From Octopus vulgaris (Eukaryota): a stretch of DNA of 64,000 nt. Position 1 is the first letter of the stretch. Each line of letters begins with the position of its first letter. Below, one piece after another: positions 26,220-38,539 of this stretch. The position numbers and the translations under genes are program-made. Below the pieces are notes generated by a model, which saw only the letters and a program-made list of their open reading frames with translations, did no database searches and was not told the origin of the DNA. The DNA lies in NCBI GenBank assembly GCA_951406725.2, contig OX597819.1:95976001-96040000 (forward strand). Reading direction: 5' to 3'.

Positions 26220-27570
26220 AAGTGAAAGTAATTGTTAAGTATAAGATTAGCCTCAATGAGATAAGTTCAACTTTCTGACACCATATTCCTGCAGAAACAA
26301 TTCCAAGAGAAGTACTCAGGACTAAGTCTGCATAACTAGCAACTGTCAGCTTGGAGAAGGCCTTTGACTGAGTACCATACTTAGCTGGCTGCTAAGAAAA
26401 CTAGTAGATAAATTCCATGTTTAGAGGTGCAATCACCTAAGTGAGAATCAGTAATAAGAACAGCGATAAATTTAGTATGCAGGTAGGAGTCCATTAGGGC
26501 TCAGTCCTCAAGTGCCTCATGTTTATTAGAGTCAGTTAACCAAGCTATAATAGGAGTTTAAGACTGTCTGTCCTGGGGAATCCGTCTATGCTGATAGCTT
26601 AGTTTTTATAGCTGAATATCTAGTAGATTTACAGAAGATATTCTAGACATGGAAGCAAAACATGGAATTGAATGGCTTTAAAGAAAGCTTAGCAAAGACC
26701 AAAGTTTTATTATGTAGAAAAGAAGACAGAACCCTACCACCACCAAGGAAATGGCTAAGCTTAATATGCAGAAAAGAGCAGGCAACAATTCCATATAATT
26801 CTAGTGTAACTATAAGAGGTGTAATGGGATCACAGATGGACTAACAGAAAAGGCAGACTTCATATGCAGTAGGTGCACATGGACAATAAGCACTAAGAGC
26901 ACTTGAGTAGTAGATTCTCACAAATGCCCTGGAAATGGTTGATTTCTGTTATATTGGTGAACTAATTGGTTTCAAATTTTGGTGCAAGGCCAATAATTTC
27001 AGGGTAGGTTAGTGTGCATGAACAACAGAATATAAAAGAGCTGAGAGAAAACTGAATGCAAGGGGTATCAGATAGTGTGTCCAAGAGAGAAAACCGATAC
27101 TATGGGCAGAAGATGTATATGGAGGATAACAGCTGTATAAGGAAGAGGAAGAGTGAGAAAGACTTGGAATGAAATGGTAAAGACTGATCTGAAAATATTG
27201 CACTTCATAAAGGAAATGACAAAGGACTGTTATGATTGGTGACAAGCAGGGTTGGAGAAGATCTGTCTACCTATGTAAGCATGCTAATATATGCTAAACT
27301 GAGTGATTTACTCATTTCGTTCTTAAGAAGTCTCCATTTGCTGTACCACTTGCCTATTTGATAGTCACTCAACTCCTTATTGTACCTATTCATATTCACT
27401 GCATGAACCAAGCATGATTTGTTGGATGTATAATGTTAGTGTGCATGAACAGAGTATGAATGAAATGAGAGAGAAAATTTGGATATGAAAGGAATCAGAT
27501 GCACAAGAGAAAAGGCTGCATTAGGACAAGCATGTAATGTATAAAGAAGAGAATAGTTCCATCACAATGT
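26220..27570 (+). mobile_element. RTE LINE RT/3' remnants
   Basis: LEKAFD*VP, VGVH*GSVL, YAD, LAKTKVL motifs with many lesions. The 3' segment is present twice (27005 and 27430). Confidence 0.75.
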
Positions 27571-27904
27571 CTGAATAATGAGGGTTGGCATCAGATATGC
27601 TGGTATCCAATGCACTTCTCCATTTACTCTCCTGTATTGACCAGCATCACTTCCTTTCCCTCAAATCACTATGCTTGACATATATTACTTAATTAGTATA
27701 GTGATCATGCTGATCTATCACTCTCTCTTTAACCTACAAACATGTAACTGCAGTTAGTGTCTCTTTCCCATTAACATATTGCTGTCATTACTGTCTTTCA
27801 TAACATTTGACTCGACTGTCTCCCTTCATTTCTCCTCTAGCATTGGGCATTGGTTTTCTCATCTAACTCTTCTCATCCACATTGCATTCTATTTCCCTTT
27901 AATT

Positions 27905-28087
27905 CTTTTACTTGTTTCAGTCATTGGACTGTGGCCACGCTGGAGCACCACCTTTAAATTGACCCAGGACTTATTCTTTGTAAGCTGAGTACTTATTCTA
28001 TTGGTCTCTTTTGCTGAACTGCTAAGTTATGGGGACATAAACACACCAACATCAGTTGTCAAGCAATGGTGGGGGGAACAAACACAG

Positions 28088-28134
<47 letters not shown>

Positions 28135-28292
28135 ACACATGACAGACTTTCAGTTTCCATCAACCAAATCCACTGACAAGGCTTTGGTCAGCCCGAGGCT
28201 ATAGTAGAAGACACTTGCTCAAGGTGCCACAAAGTGGGACCGAGCCTGAAACCATGTGGTTGGTAAGCAAGCTACTTATCACACAGCCACTC
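27905..28292 (-). mobile_element. tRNA-derived SINE (same family as 2714-3149)
   Basis: Collinear similarity along the whole length. Confidence 0.9.
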
Positions 28293-29070
28293 CCTCTCAA
28301 CCCAAGTTTATCTTCTGCTACTGGCTTTCTTCTACTCACACTATTGTCTTGAATGAACAATATAGAGCAGTGAGGATCCCTTTTTGTCTTGCAAGATACA
28401 AGACAACATTATTAATGCTGGTCCCATGACAATGAATCAAATACACTCTGTGAAATAGTTGGTGTTAGGAAAGTCACCTAGTCCATAGAAATAAAGCTCA
28501 AAGAAGCTATATGAGCGAGATGTCATTCTCTGATCACATCTAGATGTGGCAATAACTCTGAATAAGACCTGACTCAAAATATGTGTCCCAAGTTCAAGCC
28601 AGTTTTGTACTTGGATAGCTGAAATGTTGTAAAGGGATGCACTTTTCAAGGAGAAGGGCATATACAGTGTAAATTTTCCTGAAATATTTTATAAAACCAG
28701 ATATTGTAGGGTATTAGAGTTAGTCCTGACTATATACTAATTATGTCCATACAGCTGAGCAAAGTAGAGTACTAGAGTTAGTCTTATTGATTAAGTCTAT
28801 ATAGCTAAGCAGGACAGGGCACTAGCAATGGCTTGAATATATTATTTCTAGGTAGTCAGTTGTGGAAAATTTTCTAGGCACAATATGACTGATATATTGC
28901 AATATTTCCAACAAACATCTTTTAACTATGGATAACCCTTGTAGGATGTAAACAGAGTTTTCTTTAGTGCCAGTGTATGGAAGAAGACAGCGTGAGAGAT
29001 GGGAACCTCCTCAACAATCCATTATCACATCACTATGCTCTTCCTCTCATATATATATCAAATAAAATAC

Positions 29071-29315
29071 ATGCGCCCTTTTAAAGCCTAGCCAGGCTCA
29101 TGGGCCCAGTTTCCTGGTTTCAATGGCATTTGTGTTCCCCAGCTGGACAGGACACCAGTCCATTGCAGCATTACTCATTTTTGCCAGCTGAGTGGACTGG
29201 AGCAATGTGAAATGAAGTGTTTTGCTCAAGAATGCAATGCGTCGCCCGGTCGAGGAATCAAAACCACAATCTTACGATCATGATGTTGACACCCTAACCA
29301 CTAAGCCACATGCCT

Positions 29316-29317
<2 letters not shown>
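29071..29317 (-). mobile_element. tRNA-derived SINE (third family)
   Basis: Minus head GGAGGCATGTGGCTTAGTGGTTAGGG (A box)...GGTTTTGATTCC (B box), then ttgagcaaaacacttcatttcac..ctccagtccactcagctggc. Confidence 0.88.
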
Positions 29318-29365
<48 letters not shown>

Positions 29366-30225
29366 TGAATCAGCCATTGATTCATACCATAAATAATATA
29401 TATATATATATATCATATATGCAAACATATACATACACACACATGTGCGTGCATGCACATGTACACACACACGCATGTTGTCAACCACCAATAATAGTGA
29501 TCATAATATTACCAATAGCAATATTACCTATAGAGACATGTCTATTATATCATATTATAGACATGTCTATTATAACAGAGGCATGCATGTAATCTATTAT
29601 ATTTATAAAAATTACATCCTAACTTCCCAGAAGAATTTCTCATATTTATTGGATATTTAATGACAAGTTTGTGTAGTGTAAGAAGTCTGGTGCTTTTACT
29701 GTATTCATTTACAGTTGTGCAGTCAGATATTATTAGGAAAACTCGTTAAATGTATGAACTTCAAAGAAGGCGTTGAGATTAAACACTGAAATCTAATGCA
29801 GTCAAAAACACTATCTCTTTCTCTCTCCCCTCCCTTCCATGTATATATATGTATGTATATGTCAATAGCTTCTAGTGAATAAAAACATTTTTGCTTGCTT
29901 TTTCAGATATTTTCTATATTTGTTGATATTAATTTTTGCGTAAGTTCTAAAGCTATATACACTATATTAATGATCTCTTACAATATATGTAGAATATAAT
30001 GAGATAAAACAAAAATATAGCCTTGCACATGTTAATTGTGATAATTGCACAATTTTTCCATCCTGTTTCTTTTCTCTGTATTCATCTATTTTCTTAGTTT
30101 GCTGCACTGCATGGCTGCTGGAAAGATTCCATTGATACATTTAGTCAAAGAAACTATATAAAACGTGATTTCTTATTGTCTGTTTCTACATCTAGACGGG
30201 GAAGAGAGAGAGAGGGGGAAGAAAA

Positions 30226-30271
<46 letters not shown>

Positions 30272-30439
30272 GCTGAAAGTTGTATAACTTATTTTTTTAG
30301 AGGAGGAGAAGTGAGCAGTAATATAGAAATATAGAAAGCCATAAAGAGTTGCCCCACTGGGGCCAATGATAATGTAAACTGCATAGGAAGGTCCTTTGAA
30401 ATCATAATTCTTCCTCAATAAAATAATAATGATAATAAT

Positions 30440-31860
30440 TATGAACTTGTTGTACACAGTGCTCAGGTGCTGCACAACTCATTGGAAAAGAGTAGAAGTG
30501 GAAACAGAGTATAGTAAAAGTACCATAATAAAGCAAGGGTGCATAGGCATGTTAAGAGTAGTGTGGCAAATCTAGGGAAGCATGGAATTTTTGAAAGATT
30601 ACAGTGTCCTGACAGCTAACAACTTACATGTTTTGTTCTATGTTTTGAATTTCGTGCATATAAAGATGTTTCTGAAAGTCATGTGTGCTCTGCTGTTTTC
30701 CAGTTTTATAAACATGTCCAAAGGTGGTAGAGATACTAAATTTGAAAATGGTTAGAAAGATGGTGGATAATTTTGTGGGCTTCTACCAAGCTTTAGTGTG
30801 TCAATACTCAGAGAAACATCATGTTCAAGATATAGTAAATGACTGAAGGATGGTATTTATCTGACTGCACTCTGGACATCTTCCAGCAGATAGTATTTTG
30901 GGCATGATGGAGGTTCCAGATTGAAGATGTAAACTGTGTGGATGTACAATAACCATATATAGTTTTAAATAGATAATTGGTGAGCAGCTGGAAAAGATCT
31001 TAGTGATGCTAAGAAACCTTCAGTCTTCTAGAAGATTTTAGATATGTGGTTCATCGCATACACATCATTGAAGATGTTCACCAGCAAACTTAAGGTTAGT
31101 GTTGTGGCAAGAGCAGGTGAATTCTAGATTTTTCCTCCAAAAATGTATAATGGTGAACTTGTCTACAGCCAGCTTGAGTTACCAGTCAGTAATCCATTGC
31201 TGCGCTGTGTTTAGGTTAGATTGCAGGAAAGATTTATAATATATAGGATTCATTCTTTTGATGTAAATGTTGTCAGCATAACTAAACACAGAAACGTTTC
31301 AAGCTGGAATGTATTTCATCAATATATATGCAATGAACAACAGGAGACCAACAATGCAGGGATCCAAATGTTATTACAGTGTGCAGAATTTGTCCTAGTA
31401 CAATGACTACCTTTTTTGACCAAGAATGAAGGATATCAATCATTTATAAAGATTAACTCATATACATTGCACAAAACTTCACCATACATCACTTGTGTGG
31501 TACAGGATTAAAGGTTTTGATGAAGCTGAAATAGATAACCTCTACCCATGAGCTGCCATCAGTAATTTTGGTAAAGTTTCCAAAAAGTGTGATGAGTTGG
31601 CCACAGCAGCTGGAGTTAGATATAAATCCAAACTGTGAGGGTCATATAAGGTTATGAAAGTTCCTGAGTGTCTCTCTGACACAGAACTTCCCCAAATTGG
31701 CAACATAGTGAGACTCACTGGTCAATAATTGATAGGAAATGTGTGGTTGCCCTTTTTGAATAGAGGAATAATGATGGTAATTTTTAAGTGCTCTGGAGTA
31801 ATGCCATTATTAAAGCAGAATTGGTCCAGTAGAAAGAGTCCACTGTGTTTATATAAGACA
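30440..31860 (-). mobile_element. Decayed CR1/L2-group LINE
   Basis: The minus strand gives LLFIAYIDEIHSSL... and YADNI (RT motifs B/C). The 3' end abuts an (AAT)n-like tract at ~30420-30440. Confidence 0.65.
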
Positions 31861-33235
31861 AAATAAAACCATTTAAATATGAACAAAAGAATTTCATTAA
31901 ATGTCTATTTTTATTATTATTTTTAAAATTCTTTCTGTATTCCTTTTATTGGTAGTGTACAGGTCTACCCCTTCCTGGTAAAATCACTAAATGCGGTTAG
32001 AATAAGGTAAGAATTATTCTCTCCTCCAACCAAGAATTAATGATTGTTTATAATAGAAAATTGTTTCGTTTAGCTTTGGTATAAAGTTCCTTTTTGTTTT
32101 TTCCAGTGAACTGAAAGAAACCATTAGACAGACAGAATAAATAGGTTTTAATTAACCCTAATTAGCATTTAATTAACAATAAAAAATCAAAATAAACAGT
32201 ATATTAAGCCTGGTTTTTCTCTTAGTAGTAATGTTCCACCAATTACAGTAAGAGTTGAGAAATGATGTAATAGAACAACCACAATGTTGTGTGTGTGTAT
32301 AGGTAATGATAGAGGTGGGGTTATAGCAGAAATACAGATGAAGCAGAAATAATAGAAACATCTCAATTTACATTTTGTAAGACAAAAAAAAAAAATCAAA
32401 GAAACGAAACCACAACATGAATATGTAAAGAGTATGGCTCTTCACTCAAGTATAATCACTTAGAAGAAATATAACTGAAATTTTTGCTATAATCTCAACT
32501 AATTTTTGAGTGTCGCTCACTGAAAGAGCACCTTCAAAACTGCTGTCATCATCTAAGTTGAGGGGAAAATAGTTAAAGAAAGAAGCTATAGACTCTTTCT
32601 TCTGATTTTTTTCATAATTTTATTCTTCAAAAACACATGTTATTGGGACAACTGGTGCAGGTTTTGTGGAATTAACATTGAAGTTGTCACTCACATTATA
32701 AAATGTCCTCACAATATTACCTAACTATGAGATGTGGTGTGGCTGGAACACTATAAAATGAAGTCAGTAGAAAGGATAATCCTGAAGAGACAAATATAAT
32801 AAAGCTAGAGGGATGGGGAGAGCATAACCACATTTAACATTAAAGAATACTGGTGGATTATTCATGTCAAAACTTTAAATAAAATGCAAGCACAACAGAC
32901 CAGACAATGATCAGGAACAAAGAAAAGAAACTTTCTAAAGTTGTTGAAATCAGCTGCACATCAGATGTCAACACAATGTTAAAGGTTAGTGAAAAAGAGA
33001 ACATCTATGTCAAACTGATGAGAAATATGAAGTCACCCCATCTGGATCATAACTTTAAATTTCTAACAATAGTTATATGGGGCAATTGGATACATAACTG
33101 CCTCAGTAGCAGTATTAAGAAGATGAGCTTCATAAAAGCAGAAAAAACACATAATCTGAAGACAACAGCTACTAAGCATTAAGAGCACACATTATTTACA
33201 TTTGACGGATATTTGTCCTCATTTTCTTTGTTGTT

Positions 33236-33278
33236 AACACGTTTTGGCTGATATACCCTCCAGCCTTCATCAGGTGCC
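33236..33278 (-). ncRNA. Degenerate type I minimal hammerhead ribozyme motif (left arm)
   Basis: ggcac-CTGATGA-a-GGCTGG..TCAGCC-AAAAC-gtgtt. The CUGAUGA core is intact, GAAAC has become AAAAC, and 3 nt are lost at the cleavage site. Confidence 0.7.
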
Positions 33279-33567
33279 TTGGGGAAATTTCGAACCTGGG
33301 TTCTCATTCCTAAGGTATTTTTCAATGTTATTATTATTATTATTATTATTGTTATTATTATTCAGGCCACTGCTTGGAAATGAACTTGGAATCTTGGGGT
33401 TAGTAGCCCATGCTCTTAACCACTTAAGAGCATGGGCTACTAACCCCAAGATTCCAAGTTGAATTCCAAGCAGTGACCTGAATAACAACAATAAAAACAA
33501 CAATAACAACAACAACAACATCGAAAAATACCTTAGGAATGAGAACCCAGGTTTGAAATTTCTTCAA

Positions 33568-33613
33568 GACACCTGATAAAGGCTGGATGGTATATCAGCC
33601 GAAACGTTGTGTT
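33568..33613 (+). ncRNA. Degenerate type I minimal hammerhead ribozyme motif (right arm)
   Basis: GACAC-CTGATAA-a-GGCTGG-atggtata-TCAGCC-GAAAC-GTT-GTGTT. Stem I is GACAC/GTGTT, stem II is present, stem III is the palindromic AACGTT, and there is one core change (CUGAUGA to CUGAUAA). Confidence 0.75.
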
Positions 33614-33849
33614 AACAAAAACAAGATGAGGACAAATATCTGTCAAATGTAAATAATGTACATAATTCCTCATCTCTTAAATATAGAACTGTATTATTAA
33701 GAGTACAGTCAAAATATGTAAAACATATTCAACATGTAATAAGAGCCACATATGCGATGCCATCTATGCCTGTGCCTAGACAAACAAGGTTATATACTTA
33801 TATATATGTACAGACATTAGTTATAAGAGGTCATTTCTCTCAGTTCCTA

Positions 33850-35380
33850 CAGTTACACATATTAATTTTGGTACCATAAGAGATCTTATTTATCTTATTA
33901 CTTTGTATTATTGTTATCATTTATACTGGAAGGTGATGTATTATTTGTAACTGACTGATATTTACTGCCTGAATAATTACAAGTACATTTGTAATTACAA
34001 ATAGTATTTAACTTCTTAGTGTTAATTGCCACAATATTATCAACTTGATTATGTGTACTGGAATAAGCAAATTTCAAACTATGTCTATTGGATATCTTAC
34101 TACATCTGATAGAGGAGGGAAAATGCTTATCCAATGTCCTAAAGAAAATTCCTGGATTATCTGTAGCTATGTGAATTTAATAGACAGCATTACACCATGT
34201 GTTATTTCTTTTAGATAATTCTAGTGGTTTTGTTATTATTTAGATTGGTATGGATGGTTTTATATCAAGTGGTTCTCTTAAGGTTACATGCAGTGCAATG
34301 ACTATCTGTTATTACTATGTTTAGTCTGTTTGCTGATGCCTAACTGAAGTCTAATTTCCAAATTTTCCAGACATGTTCCAGTATTTTCAAGGAAAAGCTA
34401 AAGTTATTTAGATAATTTGCTTCCTTCAATGGAAGATGATCTTGGCTACTTGCTATGTGGACTGATGTTTTCTTATCCATTATACCATTATCTATGTTAT
34501 AAGCATTCCTATTCCTATGTCAGTTATTACAAGAATTAATGTTACCTCGATGCTTATTATTACATCAATCCTCTTGTGAGTTTACTCCACTGTGCTTAGG
34601 TATTTTCTCAGTTTTACCCCAGAACATAACATATCTTTTCAGTATATCCAGTCCTAACTAAGCAGTATTACTATATTCTGAGATAAAATCTCTTCATTGG
34701 TAGAAAGCCTAGATAATCTAGATGAAACTTTCCTAACTATGGATTTAATCACTGCTCTGGATGGCTGGAGTTTTTATTCATTTATTGTATTTTGCATTGG
34801 GTTTGTGATATGAACAATAAAGTCCTGTATCTAGGTTGAATGTTAGATTCAGAAAGTTAGCGACTTTAAAGTTATGTTCCAAAGAAATAAAAAGTCCTAT
34901 GTTTTCAAAGAAGTTTCTTGTTTTCCTATTTTTCTCTAATTCTCCATTTACAGGAAATGCATGAAGCATCATAGCTATAAAGACTACCACCATTCTTGGT
35001 AACTCCATTTTAGTGCAGTGTAAAATGTAACTCGTTCTGAGTCACTCAATTCCATGGTTATACCAAAGCAGTTAAACCTTTTATCTTTAGTCTAATATGT
35101 ACTCTTTGAATTCAATAATTGTTTTCTTAGTCCCTAATATTGTATCTATATCTTCCAAGGTGTAGGATCACAAGTTGAGATCTATTTTCTTTCTAAATAT
35201 AGGAATAATATGGTCAATCGTATTTTTTTCCACTTAGCTTTCCTATCTCAAAATTAAGTGGGCAAATGAGACTAACTACAGGATTACTTGCAAAATTGGG
35301 ATAGAAGATCAAATGGGGTTTTATTCACCTTTAAAACACCATCTAAATCTAAAAGACTACAAGTCTTGTCTGTTTAATTG
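33850..35380 (-). mobile_element. Decayed Penelope-like element (RT and linker region)
   Basis: FFENIGLFISLEHNFKVANFLNLTFNLDTGLYCSYHKPN resembles the PLE RT thumb (FLDVTLNL..Y.PYRKPN). DKHFPSS...KISNRHSLKFAYSST..CNYKCTC resembles DKHFP..KIFNR.T.K.SYSC. Confidence 0.8.
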
Positions 35381-35954
35381 TGAATGGACTTGGTAGATGG
35401 GAACTGAAAGAAGCCCTCTGTAAATGTATGTGTATATACATTTATATGTGTGTGTGTGTATGTGCTTGTGTGAGTGAGTTTGTTTGTTCTCACTTGTCTG
35501 TACATGCAAGTAGTTGTTGATTGTATAATGATGACTTTGCCAACAATATAATTTGCTTGCAGTTCACCACAAAAGCATGTGGAGGGTGGGAAGTCTCGAC
35601 ATGTTGTGGAATCTTTGTAAAGAACAAAATTTTGTTCTTAGGTGTAATTTGTTTTACGCACTCCATGTAAAGCATGTCCAGGTGGATCGATATTTGATAG
35701 ATTGGAAGATTATTACTCCACCTGGAAACAAGTTGTATTGGTGACAGGAAGGGTAACCAGATATAGAAAATTGAACCACACAAATATAATAAAGTAGACA
35801 ATAAAACAATGATGATGATGATGATAACATATATGTTGATATGTGTACACAGAAAGCGGACACTTGTGCCCACCACTGTTCTGCAGCTTGACAGATCCTG
35901 TTAAACCATCCAACCCACGCCAGGAAGGAAAAAATATATGAAATAATGATGAGG

Positions 35955-36040
35955 TCACACACATACACACATAGAGTGTGCTTATATGATGTACATATCT
36001 ATATCCACACTCATACACACAGTACCTATGATAGATATGA

Positions 36041-36075
<35 letters not shown>

Positions 36076-36303
36076 TATGTGTATATATACATACACATAT
36101 ATACACACATATATATACATACACATATATAGATATACACACATATACATATATACATATATGTACATATACATATGTACATATACATACACATATATAC
36201 ACACATATATATACATACACATATATAGATATACACACATATACATATATGTACATATACATATATATATATATACATATACTTATATATACATTATATA
36301 TAC

Positions 36304-36346
<43 letters not shown>

Positions 36347-36380
36347 TATATAAATATATATATATATGTATGTGTGTGTA
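35955..36380. repeat. Compound (TA)/(CA)/(TACA) microsatellite with internal ~70-bp duplication
   Basis: Directly visible; source of many spurious Y/I/H/T ORFs. Confidence 0.95.
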
Positions 36381-36589
36381 CATTAGGTGATGCAAACAGG
36401 AAAAACAAAACTCAAAACAAGAATAGATATATTTTTTATTAATATTGAGCAGAAGCAAAAGAGTGACTTTAGGGCTGAGAATTTCATGTGTTAGCACATA
36501 TCAAACTGGTAAGTGCTAATGTTCAAAACTCTTGGACCTTGAGTCACTTGGCTGCTTCTGCTAAATATCAATACACACACACACAGTAG

Positions 36590-36703
36590 TTCCTTTTTTA
36601 CTTGTTTCAACTGAAGAGTAGTGGCTATGCTAGGGCACTGGTTTTAAAAAACAGGTGCCCCAGCATGGTCAGAACTCTTGAGTTGAAACAAGTAAAAGAG
36701 GAA
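36590..36703. repeat. Inverted repeat made of two SINE 3' ends
   Basis: ttttacttgtttcaact..tggctatgctagggcac / gtgccccagcatggtca..agttgaaacaagtaaaag. Confidence 0.85.
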
Positions 36704-36779
36704 AATGTATGTTGGAGTTGATTTGGTTAATAGTGGAGTAGTGTGTGAAATTTTACAAGTGGCAAATTCCTTATTTCAC

Positions 36780-37760
36780 AAATAAAACATAATGCATGAT
36801 GACACACCTTTGCCAACTCTGACAATAAAGCATTAACATTTGAGATGATAAACCTATTCAATCTTAGACTTTGTGGCATCACCAGCCCAGTGCTTGTGGC
36901 CAGCAGTATTGAGGACATACAACACATTGTGGACCGGTTTTCATGTTTGGTCTCAAAATCAAAACTTCAAAGATTGAGTTGATCTAGCTCCCACCAAGAT
37001 GTTCTAATAAATCAAGAGAGCCAGTGACAGTACAAAGGGAACCCCTTAGTACACTGGGGCCTTTACCTATCCTGGAAGCACAATGACTTGTACTAACTCT
37101 TCTGATCTTGAATTTGAGAGGTGAATACAGTATGCCACAAAGGCTTTTGGTTCTCTTCAGAAGTGTCTACAGAGTTGCCATGACACTGCAACATGAAGAT
37201 GTACAGTACTGCAGTGCTGCCTTGCCTTCTCTATGCCACAGAGTGTATGGCCCTCTACCACAGGCACATCAAGGCTTTGATGGGAGTCCAACTTCATCAT
37301 CTGTGCTCCATCTTGATCAGATCAGATGGCAGGATCATATTCCTGATGTAGAGGTCCTGCACTGCATTGACACAGTTAGTGTGGAGGCTCTCATTACCTC
37401 ATTGCAGCTGTGCTAGGTTGGGTATGCTTGCAAGATGGAGGTTGGTAGGCTCCCAAAGGTAGTTTTTTATGCTGTACTGCATCAAGGTAAGTGGAGCTGT
37501 AGTGGCCAGAGGTTGCAATAGAGGCTTGTCCTGAAGATACATTAAGAACTCTAGCATTTCCCCAGACACTTGGGAGGAGAAGGCTCTGTGGCATGATGAA
37601 GGGCATTGATCACTGAAGATTGTAATTCTAGCTATTGAGGAGAAACAACAGAGAGAATACGAAAGAGTACATGAGAGGTGTCACTTCTTTGTTGCATCAA
37701 GTAACTTCACTTGCAGCAAATCAAGAGCAGGGCTGGTAGCCCACTAGTGAGCCTGCTAGA
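36780..37760 (+). mobile_element. Decayed RTE/BovB-like LINE
   Basis: IVDRFSCLVSK, FTYPGST and IRWQDHIPDVEVL motifs. Confidence 0.7.
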
Positions 37761-38323
37761 GATGATTTCTGAACAGTCAACACCAACTTACACACACACA
37801 CACGTATGTATATATATATATATATGTCACTTAAAATGTTTTACAGTATAAATATTATATAATAACTCAAAATAGTCAATGGTAAGGGGTGAGATATATT
37901 AATATTATTTTTATGTATGGATGCAATAAATGATGATCAGTGATGGAAATGTCTATTAGAAACTGTGGTTGTACTAAAGTCTGAGAGGCTGAGGCTGGAA
38001 AATTAGGACTAGACACTCTAAGACACCCCTCTCCATGAACTGAAAAATGGGAGAATGCTGTACTTCTGTATACTCCACTCATTTCAACCACTGATAATGG
38101 TGGATGGGTGGATGTAACATTATTTGAATCAACAAAATGCTATGAAGAGTGGTTTACTCTTGGCTGGGAACTTCACGCGCATACATATGTATAGCCATAT
38201 ACATACATATATGTGCATGTGTATATATAAATGTATGTATGCATGTATCATCATCGTTTAACATCCATCTTCCATGCTACCATGGACAGTAAAAAAAAAA
38301 AAAATATATATATATATATATAT

Positions 38324-38496
38324 ATTCTTCCGTCTTCCCTTCTCTGGATCTTTCGTTTTCCTATGTCTCTGACGAAGAGCTCCGCTCAAAATGTTAAACC
38401 CTCCTTCTTCCTTTCCTTCCTGAGCGTCCAATAATACTATATTTCTTCCACGTCCTCGCATTGTTGTGTTTTCTCTTTGTGTTTTCATGTTTGGAT

Positions 38497-38501
<5 letters not shown>
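38324..38501 (+). mobile_element. Penelope-type terminal-repeat fragment within (TA)n, carrying a decayed hammerhead
   Basis: CTGACGA-a-GAGC-tcc-GCTC-AAAATGTT at 38369-38395 (cf. GAAACGTT); (TA)n on both sides. Confidence 0.7.

Positions 38502-38536
<35 letters not shown>

Positions 38537-38539
<3 letters not shown>

Larger units (their letters stand above)
33190..33695. mobile_element. Inverted-dimer non-autonomous retroelement (tRNA-like head, AAC/AAT linker, hammerhead motif)
   Basis: ~230-bp inverted arms (33189-33419 / 33424-33659) with a 4-nt loop; flanking direct repeat attaagagcaca (33178-33189) / attaagagtaca (33696-33707). Confidence 0.85.
32600..33790 (+). mobile_element. R4/Dong-like (RLE) LINE 3' remnant, interrupted at 33190-33695
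   Basis: KHNRPD, VVEISCTSDVN..KVSEKENIY are restriction-like endonuclease motifs. The C-terminus LLSIKST|VKICKT resumes after the insertion. Confidence 0.7.

Noticed and set aside
29245-29317. tRNA-like sequences with A/B boxes (also ~3080-3149, 57100-57173, 59905-59955, 63682-63750)
   Set aside because: They lack a complete cloverleaf and continue into SINE bodies, so they are SINE heads rather than tRNA genes.
33850-35380. Idea that the 33.2-33.7 kb palindrome is the terminal repeat of this adjacent Penelope remnant
   Set aside because: The palindrome has its own TSD inside an R4/Dong fragment that continues to ~33790, so it is a separate insertion.
35713-36497. Long overlapping ORFs up to 177 aa (likewise 2837-3191, 44769-45150, 62491-63196)
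   Set aside because: Translations of (TA)/(CA)/(TG) microsatellites that lack stop codons.
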